The position numbers were made by a program, and so were the translations under genes. This document shows, piece by piece, positions 17,014 to 24,000 of a stretch of DNA of 24,000 nt. The notes under the pieces were generated by a model that ran no database searches, was not told the origin of the DNA, and saw nothing but the letters and a program-made list of their open reading frames with translations. The DNA is from Thalassovita sp. (GTDB taxonomy: Bacteria > Pseudomonadota > Alphaproteobacteria > Rhodobacterales > Rhodobacteraceae). The stretch's first letter is position 1; each line of letters begins with the position of its first letter. The stretch spans positions 384,836-408,835 of the forward strand of contig JAGDZD010000004.1 in assembly GCA_049116315.1 (NCBI GenBank), read 5' to 3'.

Positions 17014-17052
17014 TGTTAGACGGTTTGACGTTTTGACGGTGGCAAGGCCGGT

Positions 17053-18651
17053 TTAGCCGCGCAGATGCGCCACCAGCATTTGTGTTGATCCATCCTTGTC
17101 TTTGGCGGATTGCGCACCTGACAGAACCGGACCCAGCGCCATGGCCAGCTCTTTGCCCAATTCCACGCCCCATTGGTCGTAAGAGTTGATGCCCAAGATG
17201 ACACCTTCGACAAAGACACGGTGCTCATAAAGCGCCACGATCTGCCCCAACACAAACGGTGTCAGTTGATCATAAACCAATGTGGTCGAAGGGCGATTGC
17301 CGGGGAAGACACGGTGACGCGCTTGACGATCCAACTCATCTCCGGTCAGGCCCTTGGCCGCCATGATGGCCGTGGCCTCGGCCAAAGACCGCCCCTTCAT
17401 CAAGGCCTCGGATTGGGCCAAGCAATTGGCAACCAACAGCTGATGATGATGCGCCAGATCGGGTTCATGGCTTTGTTTGCCAACCATAAACTCGCATGGA
17501 ACCGGCGCGGTACCCTGATGGATCAACTGATAGAAGGCATGTTGACCGTTTGTGCCCGGCTCGCCCCAGACAACGGGGCCAGACACCGACGTCAGTTCTT
17601 TGCCGTCCATCGACACGCGCTTGCCGTTGCTTTCCATTTCCAGCTGCTGCAAATAGGCCGGCAGCCGCTCTAAACGTTGCTCATAGGGCAACACCGCGCG
17701 GGTGGCATAGCCAAGCCCTTGATGGTGCCACATGCCAACCAACGCCAGCAAAACCGGCAGGTTTTGGTCCAGATCAGCTGTGCAGAAATGTTGGTCCATC
17801 GCCGCGGCTCCGGCTAGGAACTCTGCAAAATTGTCAGGACCTATGGCCAACATCACAGGCAAGCCAATCGGCCCCCACATCGAGTAGCGCCCGCCAACCC
17901 AATCCTCAAAACCAAACACCCGGTCGGTTGCGATGCCAAAGGCCGCCGTTTTTTCCGCCGAAGTCGAGAGCGCTGCGAATTGGGCGCCGGGATCTTGCAC
18001 TTTGGTGGCCATCCACGCTTTGGCCGAGGCCGCGTTGGTCATGGTTTCAATGGTGGTAAAGGTCTTTGAGGCCACAATCACCAATGTGGTTTCAGGGTTA
18101 AGCCCCTCAAGCACATCCGCCAGATGCGCCCCATCGATGTTAGACACAAAATGTGCGCGCGGCCCGTCATGGTAAGGGGCCAACGACTTGGCCGCCATCA
18201 CCGGTCCAAGATCAGACCCACCAATCCCGATGTTCACCACATCAGTGATGGCACCACCCTGCCCTTTGAATTCGCCCGAACGCACCGCGCTGGCAAAGGC
18301 CGCCATGCGCTGACGGGTGGCCAGAACCTCGGGCATGACATCCTGTCCATCGACAAAGATCTTGGTGCCTTCTGGGGCCCTTAGCGCTGTGTGCAACACT
18401 GCGCGCCCTTCGGTTTCGTTGATCGCTTCGCCGCCAAACATTGCCGCCCGGCGTCCCGCCAGATCAGCCGCTTCGGCCATGCCAAGCAGAAAGGCTTTGG
18501 TTTCCGCATCAATGTTGGTTTTGCTGAAATCAAACAGCAATCCATCTGCCGAGACGCTAAAGTCCTGGGCCCGATTTGGGTCGTCAAACAGCCCTAAGAT
18601 TTGGCGGTCCGCCACGCGTGCCGCCAAGGATGCAAGTGTTGTCAGGTCCAT
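17053..18651 (-). CDS. pgi: Glucose-6-phosphate isomerase
   Basis: Motifs: [53 protein letters not shown]. The start was taken at the ATG 18651, which overlaps the pgl stop (TAATG). The track's longer ORF begins at a TTG at 18663. Confidence 0.95.
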   Translation of the reverse strand: MDLTTLASLAARVADRQILGLFDDPNRAQDFSVSADGLLFDFSKTNIDAETKAFLLGMAEAADLAGRRAAMFGGEAINETEGRAVLHTALRAPEGTKIFVDGQDVMPEVLATRQRMAAFASAVRSGEFKGQGGAITDVVNIGIGGSDLGPVMAAKSLAPYHDGPRAHFVSNIDGAHLADVLEGLNPETTLVIVASKTFTTIETMTNAASAKAWMATKVQDPGAQFAALSTSAEKTAAFGIATDRVFGFEDWVGGRYSMWGPIGLPVMLAIGPDNFAEFLAGAAAMDQHFCTADLDQNLPVLLALVGMWHHQGLGYATRAVLPYEQRLERLPAYLQQLEMESNGKRVSMDGKELTSVSGPVVWGEPGTNGQHAFYQLIHQGTAPVPCEFMVGKQSHEPDLAHHHQLLVANCLAQSEALMKGRSLAEATAIMAAKGLTGDELDRQARHRVFPGNRPSTTLVYDQLTPFVLGQIVALYEHRVFVEGVILGINSYDQWGVELGKELAMALGPVLSGAQSAKDKDGSTQMLVAHLRG

Positions 18652-19322
18652 TACTTCGCCCAATGTATCGTTGCGTTGTCCAGAACAGCTTTGACGGGGG
18701 CCTCTTCCAGCGTCGCATGGCGCGCTTTGTTCAGGGCCTCCATTTTCTCGTCACCGGTGACAACAATATGAATGTTCACTGCGTCGCGCAAAACCCGCGC
18801 CGACAGTGTGATCCGCTGTTCGTCCAATCCTTCGGCCTTCATTGGCACCAGCACTGGCGCTTTGGGATCCAGCGCAAGGCCAAGATTATCACCACGTGGG
18901 AACAGCGAAGCGGTGTGCATATCCGCGCCCATGCCCAACAGCAAAACCGAAATTGGCAAGCTGGGGGACAGCTGCGCTTCGAGATCCGCAATCGCGTCCT
19001 CGGGGTTTTCAATTGGCAGATAAAGCGGCAGGTACTTGGCCGCCGACGCCTTGTCTGTCAGCAAACGCTCTTTGATCAAGCCGGTGTTCGAACGCGGGCT
19101 ATCTTCGGACACCCAACGTTCGTCACTTAGCATGACGTCCACCCGATCCCACGCGAGGTCGACGGCGCAAAGGTCATCAAAGATGGGCCCCGGCGTGGTG
19201 CCACCGGGCACCACCAATGTCGCGCGCTCTTCGTGATGCAGGGTGTTGGCCAACTCACCAGCTAGGATATTGGCCAGATCAAGCGCCAGCATGTCGCGAT
19301 CTGCATATTCAATCAGTTTCAT
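18651..19322 (-). CDS. pgl: 6-phosphogluconolactonase
   Basis: 223 aa. Contains [16 protein letters not shown] (the GG(S/T)TP motif) and [16 protein letters not shown]. The start overlaps the zwf stop (ATGA). Confidence 0.9.
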   Translation of the reverse strand: MKLIEYADRDMLALDLANILAGELANTLHHEERATLVVPGGTTPGPIFDDLCAVDLAWDRVDVMLSDERWVSEDSPRSNTGLIKERLLTDKASAAKYLPLYLPIENPEDAIADLEAQLSPSLPISVLLLGMGADMHTASLFPRGDNLGLALDPKAPVLVPMKAEGLDEQRITLSARVLRDAVNIHIVVTGDEKMEALNKARHATLEEAPVKAVLDNATIHWAK

Positions 19323-20773
19323 GCGCGCACCTCCCGCCAGCGGCGTCCATCGCGATGCATCAACATCAAGGCCTCTTCGGGGCCAGAACTGCCGGTGTCA
19401 TAGGTTTCAGGCTTGTCGCCTCGCGCTTTCCAGCCCTCCAAGATCGGGTCTGTCCAGCTCCAGGCCGCTTCGACTTCGTCGCCGCGCATGAACAATGTTT
19501 GGTTGCCCCGGATCACATCCATGATCAACCGCTCATAGGCATCCGAAGCGTTATCCGCCTCTGGTCCCAACGCATCCGAGAAGGTCATATCCAAAGGCAC
19601 GTCAACCAAACGCATGCCCCCCGGTCCGGGTTCTTTGATGGTCACATCCAGATCGATGCCTTCGTTGGGCTGCAATCGAATGTTCAACACGTTGCGGTGT
19701 CGCCCGGCGTCAGCGGGGAAGATCGAATGAGGCGTCTCTTTGAAGACCACCGCAATTTCGCTGGAGCGCGCGCGCATCCGTTTGCCGGTGCGCAGATAAA
19801 ACGGGGTGCCGGCCCAACGCCAGTTGCTGATATTGACCTTCATCGCCACAAAGCTTTCGGTCTTAGAGGCGGGATCCCCACAATCTTCGAGATACCCCGT
19901 TTGCGTTCCATCCCCAAGATACTGACCACGCACAAGATCTTCGGCTTCGACAGGATCCAAAGCGCGGATCACCTTAAGCTTTTCGTCGCGCACAGCGTCA
20001 GGTTCAAACTTGGCCGGGGCTTCCATCGCGATCAGGCACAGCAGCTGCATCAAATGGTTTTGCACCATGTCCCGCATGGCACCAGAGCGATCATAATATT
20101 CGCCGCGCCCTTCGACGCCCACAGTTTCCGCCACAGTGATCTGAATGTGATCAACGTATTGGCTGTTCCACAGTGGTTCAAACAGCATGTTCCCAAAGCG
20201 GATCGCCATCAGGTTTTGAACGGTTTCTTTGCCCAAATAGTGGTCGATGCGATAAATTTGGCTTTCGTCAAAGTGATCCGCCAGCGATTTGTTCAGCGCC
20301 TGCGCAGACGCCAAGTCACGACCAAATGGTTTTTCGACCACGATACGGGTGTCAGCCTCGGCCAGTTTGAAGTGACGCAGACGTTCAGCCAGAACCCCAA
20401 ACAAGCTTGGTGCCACTGAGAAATAGAACGCACGGATTTTGCCTTTGCGCAGATGACCGCCCAGTTCAGCCCAACCGGCCTCGCCTTTGGCGTCAACTTT
20501 GACATAGCCCAGCAGCCCAAGGAAGGCCTTCAACTGTGCCGCATCAGGTTTGGGACCAGGATTGAACTCACCAATCGCATCCGCCACCAATGCGCGATAT
20601 GCCTCTGCATCCAAATCAGAGCGCGCCGCCCCGATGATCTGAGAATCTTCAGGAAGTTGCCCAGAGCAAAAGCGACGAAACAATGCCGGGAGAATCTTGC
20701 GACGGGCCAGATCGCCGGTGCCGCCAAAGACAACGAGATCGAAAGGCGCGACGGGGATTACACGCGAAACCAT
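19319..20773 (-). CDS. zwf: Glucose-6-phosphate 1-dehydrogenase
   Basis: Contains VVFGGTGDLARRKILPALF (NADP site), RIDHYLGKE (active-site motif) and RDMVQNHLMQLL. An AAGGA SD lies 7 nt upstream of the ATG 20773. Confidence 0.95.
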   Translation of the reverse strand: MVSRVIPVAPFDLVVFGGTGDLARRKILPALFRRFCSGQLPEDSQIIGAARSDLDAEAYRALVADAIGEFNPGPKPDAAQLKAFLGLLGYVKVDAKGEAGWAELGGHLRKGKIRAFYFSVAPSLFGVLAERLRHFKLAEADTRIVVEKPFGRDLASAQALNKSLADHFDESQIYRIDHYLGKETVQNLMAIRFGNMLFEPLWNSQYVDHIQITVAETVGVEGRGEYYDRSGAMRDMVQNHLMQLLCLIAMEAPAKFEPDAVRDEKLKVIRALDPVEAEDLVRGQYLGDGTQTGYLEDCGDPASKTESFVAMKVNISNWRWAGTPFYLRTGKRMRARSSEIAVVFKETPHSIFPADAGRHRNVLNIRLQPNEGIDLDVTIKEPGPGGMRLVDVPLDMTFSDALGPEADNASDAYERLIMDVIRGNQTLFMRGDEVEAAWSWTDPILEGWKARGDKPETYDTGSSGPEEALMLMHRDGRRWREVRA

Positions 20774-20814
20774 GCTGTTTTCCTTGTTCTGGCCCGATAG
20801 CCGGGCCGTTGTAA

Positions 20815-20828
20815 TGTTAGCGCTATCA
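20815..20828. promoter_or_regulatory. LacI-family-type operator candidate upstream of zwf-pgl-pgi (TGTTAGCGCTATCA)
   Basis: Same TGTTAGCGCTA core as the site upstream of eno. It lies 41 nt upstream of the zwf ATG, in the zwf / radical-SAM divergent region. Confidence 0.45.
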
Positions 20829-20961
20829 GGTGCTTCTTAATAGAAGCCTTTCCAACAGTCTAGCATTCAATCGGTCAATCACAATGGCGTGCTTAGATCG
20901 TCACGGGCTTTCCTCCAAATTCTTCAGAGGCTAAAACTGTTTACGGTTGGAGGATATGGCC

Positions 20962-21912
20962 ATGAAAGACACGCACACGGACGCCAATACTGGCAAATTT
21001 TTGGACCCCTTGCGCACAGCGAACGGCCAAGACCGGGCCACCGTTGCGCTGTCAAACCCGCAGACGCTGTGGTTCAACACCGGCACGCTGTGCAATATCA
21101 CCTGCCAAAATTGCTACATCGAAAGCTCGCCAACCAATGACGCGCTGGTCTATCTGACCAAGGCTGAGGTTGAGAGCTATCTGGACCAGCTGGAAGAGCG
21201 CCAATGGGGGGTGCGTGAAATCGCCTTTACCGGCGGCGAACCTTATATGAACCCGCAGATGAACGAGATGACCCGCGCCGCGTTGGAGCGCGGGTATGAG
21301 GTCTTGGTGCTCAGCAACGCCATGTTGCCAATGATGCGCCCATCGGTGCGCCATGGCATCACCCAGCTTGCGGCTGAGTTCCCCGGCAAATTAACCGTGC
21401 GGGTGTCCTTGGATCATTGGGACAAAACCCATCACGACACCGAACGGGGCCAAGGCAGTTTTGAGCGCAGCCTGATGGGCATGGATTTCCTACAGGGCAC
21501 CGAAGCTAAGATGGCCGTGGCCGGGCGGATGCTGTGGCACGAAAGTGAAGCCAGCGCCCGCGACGGCTATGCCCAGCTGTTTGCCAAACGTGGCTATGCC
21601 ATTGATGCGCAAGATCCCGCGATGTGTGTGTTGTTTCCTGAAATGGACACCTCGGTGGAAGTGCCCGAAATCACCACAGCCTGCTGGGACATTTTGAACA
21701 CATCACCGGACACGATGATGTGTGCCTCTTCACGCATGGTGGTCAAGCGCAAAGGCGCAGAGACCCCCAGCGTCCTGGCCTGCACGTTGTTGCCTTATGA
21801 GCCTGAATTTGAGCTTGGCACCAGTTTGGCCGAGGCAGAGCAAAAGGTTGCGCTGAACCATCCTCATTGTGCAAAATTCTGTGTGTTGGGCGGCGCGAGC
21901 TGTTCGGCCTAG
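20962..21912 (+). CDS. Radical SAM protein with a C-terminal Cys-rich region (ArsS-like / TIGR04167-like architecture, function unknown)
   Basis: The CNITCQNCY CxxxCxxC cluster lies in NTGTLCNITCQNCYIESSP, followed by FTGGEP (SAM-binding GGE). The C-terminus reads HPHCAKFCVLGGASCSA. The start was chosen at the ATG 20962, 8 nt after GGAGG (20949-20953). Confidence 0.8.
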   Translation: MKDTHTDANTGKFLDPLRTANGQDRATVALSNPQTLWFNTGTLCNITCQNCYIESSPTNDALVYLTKAEVESYLDQLEERQWGVREIAFTGGEPYMNPQMNEMTRAALERGYEVLVLSNAMLPMMRPSVRHGITQLAAEFPGKLTVRVSLDHWDKTHHDTERGQGSFERSLMGMDFLQGTEAKMAVAGRMLWHESEASARDGYAQLFAKRGYAIDAQDPAMCVLFPEMDTSVEVPEITTACWDILNTSPDTMMCASSRMVVKRKGAETPSVLACTLLPYEPEFELGTSLAEAEQKVALNHPHCAKFCVLGGASCSA

Positions 21913-22056
21913 GCGTTCTGCCGGGCCTTTGCAGCGATTTTGCCGCAGCCTGACCCAATCGAGCCCCAAAGCGAGGCCTACGGCCAGGGGGCTTTGCCCC
22001 CACCGCTCCAGTCTGCCAAGGCAGTCTGGACCTCCCCCCAAGGTATTTGATCCAAG

Positions 22057-22087
22057 AAAAAGCCAAAAGGGCGCGCCCAAACGCCCC
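22057..22087 (-). terminator. Probable rho-independent terminator after anmK (minus strand)
   Basis: The minus strand reads GGGCG-TTTGGGCG-CGCCC, followed by TTTTGGCTTTTT. It begins about 12 nt after the anmK stop. Confidence 0.45.
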
Positions 22088-22098
22088 CTGTGTGGGGA

Positions 22099-23193
22099 TC
22101 AATCTGGGCGGCTGAGGACACCGCCGCCCACCAAAGCTGGCACGCCCGTGGTTTGCGGGCTGGAGGTTGCCATGCCGTTGGCCACGCGCACCGCGAGGAA
22201 GGCAAAGGCCTGTGCTTCGAGCATATCGCCGTTCAAGCCTTGCGCCTCGATTGGGTGCACCGGACAATCCAGACCGGCTTGCAGCATTTGCATCATCACC
22301 GGGTTGTGTCGGCCTCCGCCTGTGACCAAAAGCTGTGTGGGTAGGGTTGGGCAATGCTCCATGGCCTGCATCACCGCCGCGGCGGCCATACCGGTCATTG
22401 TGGCAGCTGCGTCATGGTCATTGAGTTCGCGCACCAGATCCAACATGTCCGAAAAGGCATCGCGATCCAGCGATTTGGGGGGGATCTTGGGAAAGAAGGG
22501 ATCGTCAAGGAAGAGTTCGAGCGCGCCGGTCACCACTTCGCCCGTGGCCGCAAGCGCCCCATCTTTGTCAAAAGGCTGATTGCGCCGCGCCATCAACAGG
22601 TCATTGAGCGGCGCATTGGCGGGACCGGTGTCAAAGGCCAATAGGGCCGCCGGGTCTTCGGGGTGATCACAGCGCGGATCGATCCAAGTGATATTGCCAA
22701 CACCGCCCAAATTGAGAATCGCCAATGGTCTATCGGCAGTGATCCATTTGGCACAGGCAAAGTGAAAGAAAGGCGCCAGCGGTGCCCCTTGGCCGCCAAG
22801 CTCGACGTCGCTGCTGCGAAAATCCCACACCACCGGCGTGCCATATTTTTCCGCCAAAGCCGCCCCATTGCCCAGCTGATGCGTGCCCCGACCCACCGGA
22901 TCATGGGCCAAGGTTTGACCGTGAAAGCCCACCAGATCCACATCCTGAAACTCGGCCATCACCTCGAGATGGGCTTGTTCAATGATTTCTTGGGCTTCTT
23001 GGGTGTCATCCCCGTGCCATTTGCCCAAAGCTGCCTGCAAAACCGCCCGCTCTGCGGGGCTGTAAGGGCGATAGGCTGTGGGGCCAAATTCGATGATTTC
23101 TGTGCCATCTGTGCGCAGCATCGCCGCATCCACCCCATCCAAGGAGGTGCCTGACATGGTGCCAAGGGCCCAAAGGGGCGATGTGTCTTTCAT
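22099..23193 (-). CDS. anmK: Anhydro-N-acetylmuramic acid kinase
   Basis: The N-terminus reads [18 protein letters not shown] (the AnmK GxMSGTSxDGxD motif). Also present: [35 protein letters not shown]. An AGGAG SD lies 7 nt upstream. Confidence 0.9.
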   Translation of the reverse strand: MKDTSPLWALGTMSGTSLDGVDAAMLRTDGTEIIEFGPTAYRPYSPAERAVLQAALGKWHGDDTQEAQEIIEQAHLEVMAEFQDVDLVGFHGQTLAHDPVGRGTHQLGNGAALAEKYGTPVVWDFRSSDVELGGQGAPLAPFFHFACAKWITADRPLAILNLGGVGNITWIDPRCDHPEDPAALLAFDTGPANAPLNDLLMARRNQPFDKDGALAATGEVVTGALELFLDDPFFPKIPPKSLDRDAFSDMLDLVRELNDHDAAATMTGMAAAAVMQAMEHCPTLPTQLLVTGGGRHNPVMMQMLQAGLDCPVHPIEAQGLNGDMLEAQAFAFLAVRVANGMATSSPQTTGVPALVGGGVLSRPD

Positions 23194-23296
23194 TGGCCAA
23201 CTCCTGAACGTCTGCCTTGCGAGGGAAGAAAACCGGTTTCCCCTTATTGCAATGCATTCTATACGTTGCAGATCAACGCTGTAAGGGACAAAAACA

Positions 23297-24000
23297 ATGA
23301 CCTATCACCCCAAATCGGACTTCATGCGCGTCATGATGGAGCGTGGCTTTGTGGCCGACTGCACCGATTATCAAAATTTGGATGAGGCGCTGAGCGCAGG
23401 GGTGGTCACAGCGTATATCGGCTATGACGCAACAGCGCAGTCGCTGCATGTTGGGCATCTGCTGAACATCATGATGTTGCGCTGGCTGCAAAAGACCGGC
23501 CACCAGCCGATCACGTTGATGGGCGGCGGCACCACCAAGGTGGGCGATCCATCGTTCCGATCTGACGAGCGCCCCCTATTGGGGCCAGAACAGATCGACG
23601 CCAACATTGCCGGTATGCAGCAGGTCTTTGCCAAATACCTTGATTACAATGACAGCGACAACGGCGCCAAAATGCTGAACAACGCAGAATGGCTCGATCA
23701 CCTGAACTATCTTGAGTTCCTGCGTGACATCGGTCGCCATTTCAGTGTGAACCGGATGCTGGCCTTTGAATCGGTGAAATCGCGTCTGGATCGCGAGCAA
23801 TCGCTGAGCTTTCTTGAGTTCAACTATATGATCTTGCAGGCCTATGACTTCTTGGAGCTGAACCGGCGTTACGGCTGTGTTTTGCAGATGGGGGGCTCGG
23901 ATCAATGGGGCAACATCATCAACGGGATCGACCTGACCCGTCGGGTGTTGGACAATGAGATCTATGGTTTGACCACCCCTTTGCTGACCACTAGCGACGG
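23297..24000 (+). CDS. tyrS: Tyrosine--tRNA ligase, N-terminal ~234 codons (runs off the right edge)
   Basis: Not in the ORF track because it is open-ended. My translation from the ATG 23297 reads [24 protein letters not shown]...[17 protein letters not shown] (HIGH motif)...[18 protein letters not shown]...[12 protein letters not shown]. Divergent from anmK. Confidence 0.95.
   Translation, partial: MTYHPKSDFMRVMMERGFVADCTDYQNLDEALSAGVVTAYIGYDATAQSLHVGHLLNIMMLRWLQKTGHQPITLMGGGTTKVGDPSFRSDERPLLGPEQIDANIAGMQQVFAKYLDYNDSDNGAKMLNNAEWLDHLNYLEFLRDIGRHFSVNRMLAFESVKSRLDREQSLSFLEFNYMILQAYDFLELNRRYGCVLQMGGSDQWGNIINGIDLTRRVLDNEIYGLTTPLLTTSD

Noticed and set aside
18381-18394. Third occurrence of TTAGCGCT (CCTTAGCGCTGTGT) resembling half of the LacI-type operator
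   Set aside because: It lies inside the pgi coding sequence, and only the central 8 bp match. The flanking half-sites are not palindromic.
19217-20419. 400-aa ORF on the + strand
   Set aside because: It is antisense to zwf/pgl, has no recognisable motifs, and has the composition typical of the reverse frame of a GC3-biased gene.
21743-22579. Overlapping ORFs 21743-22354 (-) and 21869-22579 (+) that bridge the radical-SAM/anmK spacer
   Set aside because: Both are Pro/Arg/Ser/Ala-rich. They overlap better-supported genes in other frames and lack RBSs. The spacer is better explained by hairpins and terminators.

Overview
This window reads as an ordinary core-chromosome segment of a moderately GC-rich alphaproteobacterium. 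It is probably a marine Rhodobacteraceae, an inference from the Irr regulator, the zwf-pgl-pgi operon, the divergent anmK/tyrS pair and the overall protein flavour. I can support 27 protein-coding genes, two of which run off the window edges and are absent from the ORF track: prfA on the left and tyrS on the right.

Gene content, left to right:
- A minus-strand cluster of M20 amidohydrolase, ureohydrolase (agmatinase family) and DUF1499.
- mazG, followed by a stand-alone Fe(3+)-binding periplasmic protein.
- A nucleoside hydrolase-GNAT-selO operon.
- A PhzF-family isomerase.
- irr, followed by two tandem DMT/EamA transporter paralogues.
- eno, a VOC/glyoxalase protein and a CspA-family cold-shock gene.
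- An FAD oxidoreductase, a DUF985 cupin and a small CxxC protein.
- The zwf-pgl-pgi operon.
- A divergent radical-SAM protein with a Cys-rich C-terminus.
- anmK and tyrS.

I found no rRNA, tRNA, CRISPR array, transposase, integrase, phage gene or recognisable defence or toxin module. I do not see a convincing novel multi-gene system here.

The signals most worth a second look are regulatory or non-coding:
1. A near-identical LacI-type palindrome (TGTTAGCGCTA) lies upstream of both eno and zwf-pgl-pgi.
2. A roughly 590-bp AT-richer gap with no credible coding potential lies between selO and the PhzF gene.
3. A 15-codon upstream ORF with the only good Shine-Dalgarno overlaps the start of the first DMT transporter.
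4. A TGA-N9-TCA palindrome sits at the promoter of the orphan iron-binding protein.
5. An uncharacterised ArsS-like radical-SAM enzyme is divergent from zwf.

All functional calls rest on motifs read by eye from the translations. No database search was possible.
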